Shown here piece by piece: positions 12,905 through 26,240 of a DNA stretch of 64,000 bases. The first letter of the stretch is position 1, and each line of letters begins with the position of its first letter. A program made the position numbers and the translations under genes. The stretch comes from Vicugna vicugna (Eukaryota): positions 248,001 through 312,000 of the forward strand of contig MU057651.1 in NCBI GenBank assembly GCA_013265495.1, in the 5' to 3' direction. The notes under the pieces were generated by a model, which saw only the letters and a program-made list of their open reading frames with translations, ran no database searches and was not told where the DNA came from.

Positions 12905-13102
12905 TGGAAGTTCAAACCTTGGAATCAGATAAACTTAGTTTGAATCCCAATTTTTCTATTAAACTAGCTTGGCCAAAATACTTCACTTCACTGAACATCA
13001 GATTCCTCATCCTAAAAATGGAGATAATAATGTCTATCTCACAGGGTTGTTGGGAGACTTAGATGCTATATGTTAAGGCCAAAGTGCCTGAAGCAAATGT
13101 TC
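12905..13102 (+). mobile_element. MIR SINE (tail split by L1 insertion)
   Basis: ttcctcatcctaaaaatggagataataatgtctatctcacagggttgtt core. Confidence 0.85.
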
Positions 13103-13117
13103 AAGAAGTGGTAGCTC

Positions 13118-14463
13118 CATTTTGAGTTTATTTTTGTGTATGGTGTAAGGGAGTGTTCTAGTTTCACTGATTTACATGCTGCTGTCCAGTTTTCCCAACA
13201 CCATTTGCTGAAGAGATCAAAGACTTAAACATAAGACAAGATACAATAAGCCTCGTAGAAGAAAACATAGGCAAAACATTATCTCACATACATCTCAAAA
13301 ATGTTCTCCTAGGGCAGTCTACCCAAGCAATAGAAATAAAAGCAAGAATAAACAAATGGGACCTAATGAAACTTACAAGCTTCTGCACAGCACAGGAAAC
13401 CATAAGTAAAACAAAATGACAACCTACAAAATGGGAGAAAATTTTTGCAAACAATGATACCGACAAAGGCTTGATCTCCAGAATATATAAGCAGCTCATA
13501 TGACTTAATGAGAAAAAAAAACCCAATCCAAAAATGGGCAAAAGACCTAAACAAGCAATTCTCCAACGAAGAGATACAAATGATCAATAGGCTCATGAAA
13601 AAATGCTCAATATCAGTAATTATCAGCGAAATGCAAATCAAAACTACAATGAGGTATCACCTCACACCAGTCAGAATGGCCATCATTCAGAAGTCCACAA
13701 ACGACAAATGCTGGAGAGGCTGTGGAGAAAAGGGAACCCTCCTACACTGCTGGTGAGAATGCAGTTTGGTGCAGCCACTGTGGAAAACAGTATGGAGATT
13801 CCTCAAAAGACTAGGAATAGACATACCATGTGACCCAGGAATCCCACTGCTGGGCTTATATCCAGAAGGAACCCTACTTCAAAAAAACACCTGCACCCCA
13901 ATGTTCATAGCAGCACGATTTATAATAGCCAAGACATGGAAACAGCCTAAATGTCCATCAATAGATGACTGGATAAAGAAGAAGTGGTATATTTATACAA
14001 TGGAATACTATTCAGCCACAAAACCCGACAACATAGCACCATTTGCAGCAACATGGATGCTCCTGGAGAATGTCATTCTAAGTGAAGTAAGCCAGAAAGA
14101 CAAAGAAAAATACCATATGAGATCGCTCATATGTGGAATCTAAAAAAAATGAACATAAATACAAAACAGGAACAGACTCATAGATATAGAATACAAACTT
14201 GTGGTTGCCAAGGGGGCAGGGAGTGGGAAGGGACAGACTGGGATTTCAAAATTTGTAGATACTGACAGGCATATGCAGAATGGGTAAACAAGATTATGCT
14301 GTATAGCACAGGGAAATATATACAAGATCTTGTGGTAGCTCACAGTGAAAAAAATGTGACAATGAATATATGTATGTTCATGTATAACTGAAAAATTGTA
14401 CTATAATCTGGAATTTGACACAACATTGTAAAATGACTGTAACTCAATAAAAAAAGTTAAAAA
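13118..14463 (+). mobile_element. Young camelid L1, 5'-truncated with a 5' inversion; ORF2 C-terminus disrupted
   Basis: Perfect 15-bp TSD aagaagtggtagctc (13103 and 14464); ORF2 peptides [16 protein letters not shown] and [13 protein letters not shown]...SLICGI*; 13118-13216 is antisense. Confidence 0.95.
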
Positions 14464-14484
14464 AAGAAGTGGTAGCTCATTGTT

Positions 14485-14630
14485 TTTTTCTAATTCAAGT
14501 AAAATTCACTAACATAAAATAAACCATTTTAGTGTACAGTTCAATGATATTTAGTACATTCACAATGTTAAAGATCCATCACCTCTATCTAGTTCCAAAA
14601 ATGTTTTCATCGGGGCCAAAGAAAACCTAG
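14485..14630 (-). mobile_element. Old L1 3' terminal fragment
   Basis: aaaattcactaacataaaataaaccatttt...cacctctatctagttccaaaa. Confidence 0.75.
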
Positions 14631-15779
14631 AGTGGTGGCTCCTTTATAGCTGGTAAGGCAAATTGCATCACAATGAGGATATTAAGATCATTATTCTAAG
14701 GCTAATTAAGTATAACACCCCATTCATTGTTCTCTGATCTCTGGTGTGATGCTATCTGTAAATTTCAGCAAAATACAGGTATAATTCCTAGCCTACTTGT
14801 TTTAAGGGTCACTTTCAGGATTTTCCATCTCACAAGGTCAGCCTACAGGCTTTTTATAGCTCAGATGCCCTTTCTATCCAGCATCATACCGTGAAGTTTC
14901 ACTTAAGCACGTTACTTAGCTAGCTTCTATGCCAATTGTCTTCTTGTAACACAATTTATCACTGACCCAGACTAGGTATTTGCTAATTCACTCAGAATTA
15001 ATTGTGCAGTTTAATCATTTTCATTGAATCAGTTCCCATATCTATAGCTTTTATAACCACAAGTACTAGCTGCATACTGATTAAAAATTGCCCATCAGTT
15101 GTGTATAAAATATGACTATAAATTTTCTTTTTAATTTTCCTTCTATGACTCATAAACTGGATTAGGAGCAATTTCAAAAAGGAGTAAAAGGTTTGCAAAT
15201 GATAGTTGTGTCCATGGAATAAATGTCATTTTCCTCTTAGGAGGCTACTCAGATGTATATACACTGATTTGTTACAATGGTCTTGTTACATTGCAGTCAC
15301 AATAGTCTCCATTTTAACATCATTGTTAGAATCCTCATTTTCTATGAGAATTTTCAGCATTTTTTTGATTTTCAGAGTATAGTAAGATATAAGCTTTTTT
15401 ACATCAGTTTTGTTTTTTGGAAAAAAGTTTTTAATGATGCAGTCATGTTGCAATGAGTGAAGTATTCTTTACAGGTAGATAGTGAGAAGAGCAGTTACTA
15501 CCATTTATAATCTGTGTCAAATGCTTGTTTTGGCATAGTGTTAAAATGAGAGAACACAAAAGTAGAAGTCTGTTAGGAAACTTGGGCTCTAGTCCTCAGT
15601 CTTCAACCAAATAGCTCTGTAATTTGGGGCAAGTCACAATTTCACACAGGGACCACTGTTTTCTTAACTGTCACATCGTTATGTTTCTTCTATGTACCTC
15701 ATTAGGATGCTGCAAAGACAAACCCAACATCTTCCAAGTTTAGCTGATTACCTTAACCATCTCTTCTCCTAACTCTTCT

Positions 15780-16140
15780 TCACAAATCTTATCTTTTATG
15801 CTCCTAATTATCTCACAAATCTTTCTTCTTTATTCCATTCTCATTGTCCTAGGTCAAATCCTATTCATCTCAGTCTTCTGGACATTACAATAGACCGGTC
15901 AGCCTGCCCCAATTCTTACCCTTCTCCAAACCATACTCTACCTTACAACAACAGTTATATACTGAAAACACAATCTGACTGCCATTCCCTGGCTTAAAAT
16001 ATGAAATGGCTTCCCATTGCAAAGTGATAAAGTTTACTTTTTAAGTCTGGTATACAAGGTTCATCAGATACAGCAACCTTACCAACAATGAGCCCATAAC
16101 ACACCATAGGAGATTACTTGTATCATTCAAATCTTCAGTA
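15780..16140 (+). mobile_element. L2 fragment
   Basis: ctggacattacaatag...cttaaaatatgaaatggcttcccattgc. Confidence 0.6.
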
Positions 16141-16149
16141 ATTCTACCT

Positions 16150-16601
16150 TAGCAGATGCTTAAGATGCACCATGCCAAATCCCTGGATTCACTTGATTTC
16201 ACCTCAACATGGTAGAAGTTCGATGTATCATTGCCAATGTTCTGAACCAAGCATGAATCACAGCATTTCTCTGCTCTTGCTTTCTTGGAAGCTAAACTGT
16301 GTGCAGATGCAACCCAAAAGTATGAGGAGTTAATGCCCTAGGGATGAAGAACACCTGTCAACCAAAAGAGTATAGAAGTCAGTGGATAAATGCCCTATCT
16401 TCTCTGTTCTGTGGTGGAACAGTTCTGAGGCCTGTTCTATACAGGTACTCAGAGAGCTCCTGGAAGGATTGAACTCCAGTTGCCCACAGCAATTGCACCC
16501 TGTTTCTTTGGGGGGTAGTTCTTGGGGTCAATTCCCAAATACACTCCCCATACCCAGTCCTTGTTTCAAAATCTGCTTTCTGGGTAACCCAAATTAAGAT
16601 A
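16150..16601 (+). mobile_element. ERVL LTR16-like solo LTR
   Basis: gagttaatgccc...ggataaatgccc...tctgctttctgggtaacccaaattaagata. Confidence 0.75.
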
Positions 16602-16604
16602 GCT

Positions 16605-16960
16605 CCTTGTTTTTGTCTACTTGATCTTCTCACCATTAAGACAAGTATGCTAAAGACTCCTATTATGATAGTATTTTGTAAATTTCTCCTTATATATTTA
16701 AAAACTCTCTTGTTAGATGCCTAAAAGTTCATGACTATTTCATCTTGTTGGAGATAAAGCCATCATAATATATCTCTCTTTGTTTCACTAATTTATTCAC
16801 CTTGAATTCTATGTTATATGATATTAATATTGATATATTTGCTTTATTTTCTTAGCATTTGCCTAGTATATCTTTTTCTATTTATTTCTTTTTGTTTGTT
16901 TGTTTCAGTGGGTCTCTTATAAACAAAACATAAGTGTATAGATGGATTAAAATTTCCAGT
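16605..16960 (-). mobile_element. Ancient L1ME-like fragment (resumes at ~21180-22330)
   Basis: T-rich antisense ORF2-like sequence that continues after the nested insertions. Confidence 0.6.
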
Positions 16961-16964
16961 CTGA

Positions 16965-18985
16965 TGGTGAAAATGAAAAGTATGCCAGCACATTCTATTA
17001 GCAAGACTATAGGGAAACAGTCACTCTCATACACTATTGGTGTGAATGCAAAATAGTACAATCCTTTTTGAGAGAGATCTGAAAATATCTAACAAAATTA
17101 AGACATAAGCATTTGTCTTTTAAACAAGTAATCCTATCCGTAGGAATTTATCCTGAAAATAGACCTACAACAATATAAAAATATGTATGTTCAAGGTTAT
17201 TCATTACAACATTGTAATTTCAAAATACTGGAAACAAACTAAATCGTCATGCAGGAGAGTGTGAATGAAGTATAGTTTATCACACAGGGGAACACTATGC
17301 AGATCCAAAAAAAAAAAATGAGAAAGAACTCTGTGAAATGACATGGAGTGTTTTCCCGGATACAATGTTAAGTGAAAAAAACGTCGAAAATAGTATGCAA
17401 CCTTTCATTCATAAATAAACTTGAAAAGATAAAGTAGAAACTCATGAGATTGGTTGCCTACAAGGGTAGGTGGGAACAAGGTAGAAAGGAGGGGATATGG
17501 AAAAAGAGTAGAAGAAATATGGAAGGGTGATAGTACTTTTCTAAATACACATTTTGTATAGTTCTGACTTTTAGAACCATGTTACTGTTCATATACTCAA
17601 AAATAAATGAAATCAATAAGGATGGGACAAGGCAAGAGGGATGTAACACAGAAACAAATGAACATAACTTTATTTCAAATAAATAACATAACATAGTGAA
17701 TAATAAAGTGTTCGTGTATGTGTAGAGGGAGTCCAAGACTTAACATCAGTAACTGAAATATAGTATTTTGACTCTAGACCTTATGAAGACCCCAGGAGAG
17801 AAACTTGGACTCCCAATGATGTATGACTTAGAGCCAGAAACCTCTGAACTTTATTTCCTGTCTTGTTCTGTAACTTCCTGCAACATTCTGATAAAGCCTC
17901 CACCTTCCCCTGACACATTGTACAAGATCATACCTCCCCTTGCTGCCTTTCTAAAATCTTGCATTGGACAAGAGCTTCTTTTAAATTTTGTGCCAATGGG
18001 ACTTTCTCTTTATAAAATTCCTGCACACTGCTATTAATTCTCTCTCAGTTCTGGACTTCTCCCACCGAGCCATTCTCCCTGGCCCTTGTCTTGAGAATTC
18101 CTCACCTGTTTGAATAATACAGTTTTGTTTTTTTCATATAAAAAGATGACTGTCATGAGTTTCAATATTTGAACCTAACATTTGACCTTCCCCATGACAC
18201 ACTAAAGTTGCTATAACATAAATTAAGAATAAAGATGGAATTGAGAACAAATATTGTACTCTCATTGATAGGTTTGATTTTCACAGTGGTATGGGTTATC
18301 AGCTCTGCAACTAATACATGTATTCTGAGATTGAGCAAATAAGTAAATATATTGACCATAATGAGATCCAGGTTTCTTACTGATGGAGATGGGAACTACA
18401 AATGAGAAAAGAAGGAAGCCTAGGACAAATCCTACGGTGTTGGATTTGAATTAGAGATATCAGTGTTAATTTGTGGTTTTTGAAAAATTGATAGATACAG
18501 AAATATGGATATGTGTATGTGTGTATACATGCATGTATATCCTAGTTTTGTCCACTAAGAGGTCATAGAAGCAAATGATACTCTAGTACCAATGAGCATA
18601 CCCAGTGCCCAGATCTTGGTTTCTATATATGATTCTACAATAAAGGAACAAGGGCTCCTTAAAGAAATGACTGATTCCAGTGCTAGGGCAGGTAAAATAT
18701 AATTCTGGAACATCTTGTGGTACTAGAAAATAAAATTCTCTAAAAAAAAATCATGGAGAAGATAAGCTACAGACAGGATGCTCTTAAATATCCACAGTAC
18801 AATTATTAATCAATGATATATTATTATCTCAATGCAGACTTTACTCAAATTTCACCATTTGTCCCAATAAGGGGTCCTTTATAAGATTATGTAAGAGCAT
18901 CTTGTCTGCAACTTACTCTGAAACATTTCAGGGAAAAGTTAGAGACAGAAAATGAGAGTGGTTTAAATGTTAACATTTGGGGAAT
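16965..18985 (+). mobile_element. L1MC-like 3' region (interrupted by LTR 17784-18180; last ~90 bp displaced to 21092-21180)
   Basis: cactctcatacactattggtgtgaatgcaaaatagtaca...cccagatcttggtttcta...tgtctgcaacttactct...aaatgttaacatttggggaat. Confidence 0.75.
17784..18180 (+). mobile_element. Solo LTR (family not assigned)
   Basis: TG...CA termini, CCAAT and TATAAAA, interrupts L1; TSD not clear. Confidence 0.6.
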
Positions 18986-21070
18986 TTTGAACAGGTTCCC
19001 AGATGTGACTGCTACTGCTGCTGCTGGTCTGGGCATTGCACTTTTGGAGCCATGACTTATAAGAACCTCAGAGTATGATATGGGTGGTCGCAGGACAGCT
19101 ATTGGTGGATGGCGGCCAAGATGGCAGAGTAGAAGGAGCCAGAGCTCAACTCCTCTCATGAACACACCAAAATCACAACTTACTGCAGATCAACCATCAA
19201 TAAAGACTTCAATCTACCAGAAAGGATCTTTCATAACTTAAAGACATAAAGAAGGAACCACAAAGAGATGCATAGGAGGGATGGACTTGCAATATTACCA
19301 AATCCCACCCCCCACCCAGGGTGGGCGACCCACAAACTGGAAAATAATTATATCGCAGAAGTTTTCCCACAGGAGTGAAAGTTATGAGCCCCACATCAGG
19401 CTCCTTGGCCTGGGGGTCCAGCACTGGCACTGGGAAGAGGAGTCCCTAGAGTATTTGGTTTTGAGGGCCAGTAGGACTTAACTGCAGGAGCTCCACAGGA
19501 CTTAGGGAAATAGAGAATTCACTCTTAGAAGATGCATACAAAATCTCATGCTTACCGGGACAAAGGGCAAAGGAAGTAACTTCATAGGACCTAGGCCAGA
19601 CTTACCTGCTGGTCTTGGAGGGTCTCCTGGGGAGGTAGTGGGTGGGCAGCTTTGGCTCATCCTGAGGACATAAATACAGTGGGGGACATAGGCATGGTGG
19701 TGAACATACTGAGGAGTATTTATCTGCATGAACTCTCCTGGAGGCTGACATCTTGCTTAAACTCAAAATGAATTAAAGAATTAAATGTAAGACCAGATAC
19801 TATAAAGAGGAAAACATAGGCAGAACACTCTTTGACAAAAATCACAGCAATATTTTTCTGGATCCATCTCCTAGAGTAATGGAAATAAAAGCAAAAATAA
19901 ACAAATGATACCTAATTAAACTTAAAAGCTTTGCACAGCAAAGGAAACCATAAACAAAATGAAAAAACAACCTACAGAATGGGAGAAAATATTTGCAAAC
20001 AATGCTACTGACAAAGGCTTAATTTCCAAAATATACAAATAACTCATACAGCTTAATATCAAAAAAACAACCAACCCAATCAAAAAATGGGCAGAAGACA
20101 TTTATCCAAAGAAGACATCCAGATAGCCAACACGCACATGAAAAGATGCTCAATATCACTATCAGAGAAATGCAAATCAAAACTGCAGTGAGGTATTACC
20201 TCACACCAGTCAGAATGGCCATCACTAAAAAGTCTACAAATAATAAATGCTAGAGAAGGTGTGGAGAAAAAGGAACCTTCCTACACTGTTATGGAAATGT
20301 AAATTGGTGCAGCCACTATAGAAAACAGTATGGATATTCCTTAAAAAACTAAAAATAGAGTTATGATATCCATCAGTCCTACTTCTGGGCATTTTTTTCC
20401 AGAGGAAGCTCTAATTTGAAAAAATACATGCACCCCAATGTTCATAGCAGCACTATTTATGATAGCCAAGGCATGGAAACAACCCGAATGTCCATCAATA
20501 GATAGATGGCTGGATAAGGAAGATGTGATATATATATATATGTATATGTATATATATCATGGAATACTACTCAGCCATAAAAAGAATAAAATAATGACAT
20601 TTGCAGTAACATTGATGGACCTGGATATCGTCATACTAAGTGAAGTTAGCCAGAAAGAAAAAAATATCATATGATATCACTTATATTTAGAATCTAAAAA
20701 AAGACACAAATGAACTTATTTACAAAACAGAAACAGATTCACAGACATAAAGAACAAACTTATGGTTACCAAGGGGGAAGAGGAGGATGGATAAATTAGG
20801 AGTCTGGGATTTGCTGATACTAAATACTATATATAAAATAAACAACAAGGTCCTACTGTTTGTTACAGGGAACTATATTCAATATCTTGTAATAACCTGT
20901 AATAGAAAATAATCCAAAAAAGAATATAGATTATATATTTGTATATATGTATAACTGAATCACTTTTCTGTACAACTGAAACTAACACAATATTGTAAAT
21001 CAACTATACTTCAATTTTTAAAAAATGGGTATCATTGAAAAATAAAAATAAAAACAAAACAAAACTCAAA
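18986..21070 (+). mobile_element. Composite L1 insertion: ~120 bp foreign 5' sequence, L1 5'UTR (~19104-19757) fused to ORF2 end/3'UTR, and A-rich tail
   Basis: 21-bp TSD aaatgttaacatttggggaat (18965) / aaaatttaacatttgggaaat (21071); YY1 motif caagatggc at 19117; junction catcttgct|taaactcaaaatg. Confidence 0.8.
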
Positions 21071-21179
21071 AAAATTTAACATTTGGGAAATCTGGGTGAA
21101 TGCTATACCAGAATTATTTAACTAGTTTTGGAACTTTTTGTAATTTTCAGGTTATTTGATAATTAAAAGTTAAAAAAAA

Positions 21180-22330
21180 CTCATTCTCAGAGTCTTCTCT
21201 TCATAGAGTAATTTAATCTATTAATATTTATTGTAATTACTGGTACATTTTCCTTTAGTACTGCTATAATATTTTATGTTTTCTATTTGTCATTTTTCTT
21301 GTTTCATTTTCTTTTCTTCTCTTTAGCTGAATTGATGATTTGACTTGTTCTTTTATTTTTCTTCTTGTAGTTTGCAACGTGAATATGCTCTTTCTGTGCA
21401 CCTAGTTGGTTTTCAATACACACATTTATGTATTTTTTTTAAAAATCAAAGTCTAAATTGTGTTAAACTCTATATATTGCCCTGTATTAGACAATAACCT
21501 TTGCAACTTTACAGTTTCTTTCCTCTTGTATCCCAAGTTGAGATCTCCCAAGATTTTAGTACTGAATAATTTATTATTTTGACCTTATGCATTCACAGTA
21601 ATTTAAACTTAACTACAAACGTCACTGGTTTTGTTGCTCTTATCTTCTTTATGGAAGCTTTTGGGATCTTTTTAATCCTTTTTTCAATTCTTGGTGTTCA
21701 GAAATGTCACCACAATGCATTTGATACATATCTTCTTTCTTTACCTTGTTTAGCACTTGATCTCTTTCCATCTGAAGATTAGTATCTTTTATCATTTAGG
21801 GAGAATTATCTTCTATTATTGATATATTAACTACTTATTCTCTATACTTTCTGTCCTTTTTGAATTCCTGCTGCATGTATGTTGAAATTCTGAGTCTAAT
21901 CTCCATGCCTATTATTGCTTTCTCAAAATTTGTTTCTTTTTCGTTTTGCACTGTTCCGTGAGAATATTTTGGTTTGCTAATATAACACACATTTTTTCTT
22001 CTTCTTTTGTTTCATAATGCTATTACAGATATACACTGCATTCTTTATTTTGATTCCCTTTCATTGATGTAGTTTCCAGGACTTATCATTGGTTTTATTT
22101 TATGTCAGCATTTTCCTTGTTTATGGGTTTGATGACTTCTCTTATTCTTCTGAGGACATTTGTAGTTATTTTTAATTTTTATTTATTCTGTTTCTTCCAA
22201 TGCTAGTTTTTCTGTTTATTAATTTTGGTTTTTCATATAGTATCTGTTTTTCAAATATTAATTGGTGTTTCTTTCTTGTGTGCTTATCTTTGTTTTTGAG
22301 ATTCCTTATTAGCCTGTCTATAGGTGTTGT
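21180..22330 (-). mobile_element. Ancient L1ME-like fragment
   Basis: Very T-rich antisense L1-like sequence. Confidence 0.55.
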
Positions 22331-22816
22331 TATTGTAAAGTAAATATTGCCTCTGGTAATTGTGGGGAAGAATCATAACATGTTCTAGATCGAGTGTACC
22401 AGTGGTTTATCTTTTAGATGTAGCAGCTAACTACTGTTTACACTTATTCTGAGCAAAAGACAGCAGCAAAATTTGTACCCAGACTAAAGCATTGTATAAG
22501 AACTGACCCCCAGAGGCATAGTTACCCAAAATGCTCTGAATACAGCTCTTCATTAATAATGCTGAAATTCCCAAAGGCTCCTTACTCTTTACATCATTGA
22601 CACTGGCCTTGAAAATCTATGAATCACTCTTTCACTCTTGTTTACACAGTGGTCTTCACAAATATTTTGGATTGTGGTTTATTCTAGTTTTGTTTTTCTA
22701 ACTACAATAGGTATTATTCTCAATCTAAAAACTCATGTGTGAGGGAAATATCACATTCTTTGTTTCCTATATATCAACTACCTAGTTCTCTGAACCCTGT
22801 ACTCCCTTGGTAATTA

Positions 22817-22818
<2 letters not shown>

Positions 22819-22898
<80 letters not shown>
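22819..22898. repeat. (GT)20 plus (GA)n compound microsatellite
   Basis: Direct reading. Confidence 0.95.
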
Positions 22899-23806
22899 CT
22901 GTATTATGATGCTAAGCCCCAGAGCTGGTCATAACATGTTATCAGTACCAACACGTAAGGGCTGCCAACATTCTAGCAAGTGTCACTATATATAATCAGG
23001 GTCAATATTAGGGTTTCCTAATTTATGTGTTTCTAAAACCTACTGCTGGAGGTAAACATAAGATCAACAAAAGATGGTTGCCTGATTCACATATATGTAA
23101 AATCTATACCAGAAGGAAGGCAATATCAGAGCTAGTTGTGCACTCAGTCAGCGTACCTAAGACAAATATGTTAAAGTTTCTAAGCAGAAAAGCCCTGAGG
23201 GTGCAGAGCTTGATGGCATTTATTTGCACTGCAAGACTGTATGCGGGCCCTCCATTCTTCTAAGGCTCTAATGTTGTCTCTGACTGGACACTCATTTTTT
23301 TGAGGTAATGTTGGTTTATAACATTATATGTTTCATGTGTACAACATTATATTTCAACTTCTGCATACACTGTAGCATGCTCAACACCAAAAGTTTAGTT
23401 TCCATCCATCACCACACAGTTGACCCCCTTTATTCATTTTGCCCTTCCTCCTTCTAGTAACCATTACTCTATTCTCCATATCTATGTGTTTGTTTTTGTT
23501 TGTTTTTTTTCATTTGTTTTTAAAATTTTATTTCATTTTATATTTTGTATTCTACATATGAGAGAAACCGTATGGTATTTGTCTTTCTCCATCTGACTTA
23601 TTTCACTTAGCAAAATACCCTCAAGGTCCATTCATGTTGTCCCAAATGGCAAGATCTCATCTTTTTTATGGCTAAGTAGTATTCCATTATATATACATAT
23701 ATACCCCATCTTCTTTATCCACTCATCTGTCAATAGGCACTTATATGGTTTCTATATCTTGGCTATTGTAAATACTGCAGTGAACATAAGGGTGCATATA
23801 TCTTTT

Positions 23807-23952
23807 TTTTATTTATTTATTTTGATTTTTTTTGAAGGGAATGGTAATTAGGTTTATTCATTTATTTATTTTTAGAGGAGGTACTGGGGATTGAACCCAG
23901 GATCTCATGCATGCTAAGCATGCGTTCTACCACTTGAGCTATACCCTCCCCC
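23807..23952 (-). mobile_element. Camelid Vic-1-type SINE
   Basis: Antisense A and B boxes; TSD atatatctttt at 23796 and 23955. Confidence 0.9.
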
Positions 23953-24114
23953 TTATATATCTTTTAAAATTAGTGTTTTTGTATTCCATGGATAAATACT
24001 CAAAGTCGAATAGCTGGATCACATGGTAATTCTATATTTTTGAGGAATCTTCATACTGTTTTCCATAGTGGGTGCACCAAGTTACGTTCCCACTAACAGT
24101 ATATGAGAGTTCCC

Positions 24115-24677
24115 TGTAAGGCAGCAAGGCTTGCCACCCCAAAATATCTCTTTGGCATGTGGATTACTTTAAGCTAAAAACATTAAGGCTCAAAAGACTC
24201 AAGAAGAACCTTTGACCTTCTCCCTAATTACCTAAAGAATGTAGATAAAGGATCTGTTACACAAAGGGAGCTATCACCATAGATAACTATAGTAAGGACT
24301 AGGTGTGTAGACAGGGAGGAACCCAGCAAAGCCTGTTTGTTAAAATTCTTCTCTGTGTCCCATTGTCTCCATATGGCCCAGCAAACATCTGTTTACCAAA
24401 CATTCGCTTTTCCATCTCCATATAAATTGCCTTCTTGCCCTTTGAATTCCCAAACCAATACCCACAATGTCCTCTCTTGTCTTCAGCTGAATATGGTATT
24501 TAAGGTGAGGGTTTCAGCCATTTTGGCAAGTTACACCGTTTTCCTGGGTCTCTTCTATGTATGCATGTTATTAAACTTTTGTTTGATTTTCTCCTGTTGA
24601 TCTGTCTCATGTCAGTTTAATTCTTAGACCAGCCAGAGAATCTGGAAGGGTAGAGAAAAATTTCTTCTTTCCTGACA
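24115..24677 (+). mobile_element. ERV1 solo LTR (MER34-related; same family as 46018-46582)
   Basis: TG...CA with perfect 4-bp TSD tccc; interrupts L1 at gagttccc|ttttctcc. Confidence 0.9.
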
Positions 24678-25141
24678 TCCCTTTTCTCCACATCCTCTCC
24701 AATATTTGTTATTTCTTGCCTTTTTGATAATAGTCTGTCTGGAGACACTTAAGCTTTCTTTGAAAAGAGTCTTTGTAGCAGAGCACATCCACAGTGATGC
24801 CCTAAGTAACCACCAGAGAAGGAGAATACATCTATACCTACAAAGAAATTAATGGACCATTGCAGGCACCACCTCCTAAAGGTTAAGGTACTGTGTGTGG
24901 CCTTCTTCCTCTACCCCTAAGATATATACCTGATTGTGATGTGTATTAATAGGAAGATTGATTTAGATTAGACTTTATATTGGAAAATCTTTTGTTGTGT
25001 TGAGTAATTCCATAATAAATATAAGTAATTTGAAAAAGCTCCCTGTTTAGTTTCCCTTTTGTTATGTCAAAGCCAGTGGATAGATGTAATAGGGCCCACT
25101 GTAGGTGTTAGACATGGCTACAGTGTTGGACAGGGTAGATA

Positions 25142-25315
25142 CAGTCCTCTCTTATATTCAACGGAGATTGGTTCCAGATTTCAGAACCCTGTGGACACCA
25201 AAATCTGCGAATGCTCAAGTACCTTTGTTTTTCAAGTCTCTTTTATAAAATGGCATAGTACTATCAGCCCTCCCTAGCCATGGGTTCTGCATCTGTGGAT
25301 CGGGAGGACTGATTG
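25142..25315. mobile_element. TcMar-Tigger MITE (MER2/MER8-related)
   Basis: TA-flanked cagtc...gattg; gattggttccag...caccaaaatctgcgaatgctcaagt. Confidence 0.75.
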
Positions 25316-25328
25316 TATAGAACATCTT

Positions 25329-25865
25329 TGCTGCAGGAGAGGGGAACATCACGTCCTGGGACCTGCAGGAGTCCTTACAACGGACGGCCAAGTGAGGGTT
25401 CTTGCCTTAGTGTAGGAAAGAATTGAAGAGTGAGCCAAAGAAAAGTGAAGGTGAGTTTATTGAGAGATACACACACTCCATAGGCAGATACACACTCCAT
25501 GCGGACTGTCTCAGAAAGTGAGAGTGGCCCCCGGTCATGGGGGTTTTCATGGGCTAAGTAATTTCTTAGGCTAACAAGTGGGAGGAATAGTTTTGCCATT
25601 TCAAGGGAGGATGGGGATTTCCCCGGAATTGGGCTACTGCCCATTTTTTGGCCTTTTATAGTCTGCCTTGGAACTGTCATGGCATAAGGAAGAGTGACTT
25701 TTAATATTACATTGAAGATAAAATGAGCTAACCGTAAATGACCAGACTATTCTCAAAGCCACCTTGGTTTCAGCTTGTTCCAGCCAGTCTTTAGCACATC
25801 CCAACAGCTGTGACCCTTCTTCATTTATCTAGCATTTGTGTCCTGCCCTTTTCCCTCCTGTCTCA
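25329..25865 (-). mobile_element. ERV1 solo LTR
   Basis: TG...CA, antisense AATAAA (gtttattg), flanks tctt/tctg. Confidence 0.8.
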
Positions 25866-25910
25866 TCTGGATCCTTTCAGAAAGCTCTATTTGGCAGCAT
25901 TGCTCTAGAA

Positions 25911-26087
25911 CAATGGTTCTCAACATTGCCTTCACATTAGAATCAACTGGAAAGCTTTAAAAATCCTGCAGCCCTGGCCATACAAGAAACCAATTAAGTT
26001 AGAATCTCAGCTTGGGACCCGTGCATCTATAATTTTTTTAATGCTTCCTAAGTGATTCCAATGTGTTGCCAAAGTTGAGAACTACTA
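25911..26087. mobile_element. MER5A/B hAT MITE
   Basis: caatggttctcaac...cacattagaatca...agttgagaactact. Confidence 0.8.
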
Positions 26088-26095
26088 CTCTTCAC

Positions 26096-26240
26096 CAAGG
26101 AACAGCAAACTTTTTCAGCAAAGGACCAGAAAAGAAATATTTTAGGCCTTGTGGGCATGTCTATTTTTTGTCGTGTATTCTCTTTTGTTTGTGCTACAAC
26201 CCTTTAAAAATGTAAAAATCTTTCTTAGTTCACAGGCCAC
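26096..26240. mobile_element. MER58-family fragment
   Basis: cagcaaactttttc...aaatattttaggccttgtggg. Confidence 0.65.

Larger units (their letters stand above)
23295..24733 (-). mobile_element. L1 3' end hosting a SINE and an LTR
   Basis: ttttttgaggtaatgttggtttataac...gacttatttcacttagc...ttttctccacatcctctccaa; degenerate TSD ctgactggacact / ctgtctggagacact. Confidence 0.9.

Noticed and set aside
13508..14143. 82-aa and 125-aa ORFs with clear protein similarity
   Set aside because: C-terminus of L1 ORF2p in a 5'-truncated copy with an in-frame TGG->TGA stop; not a host gene
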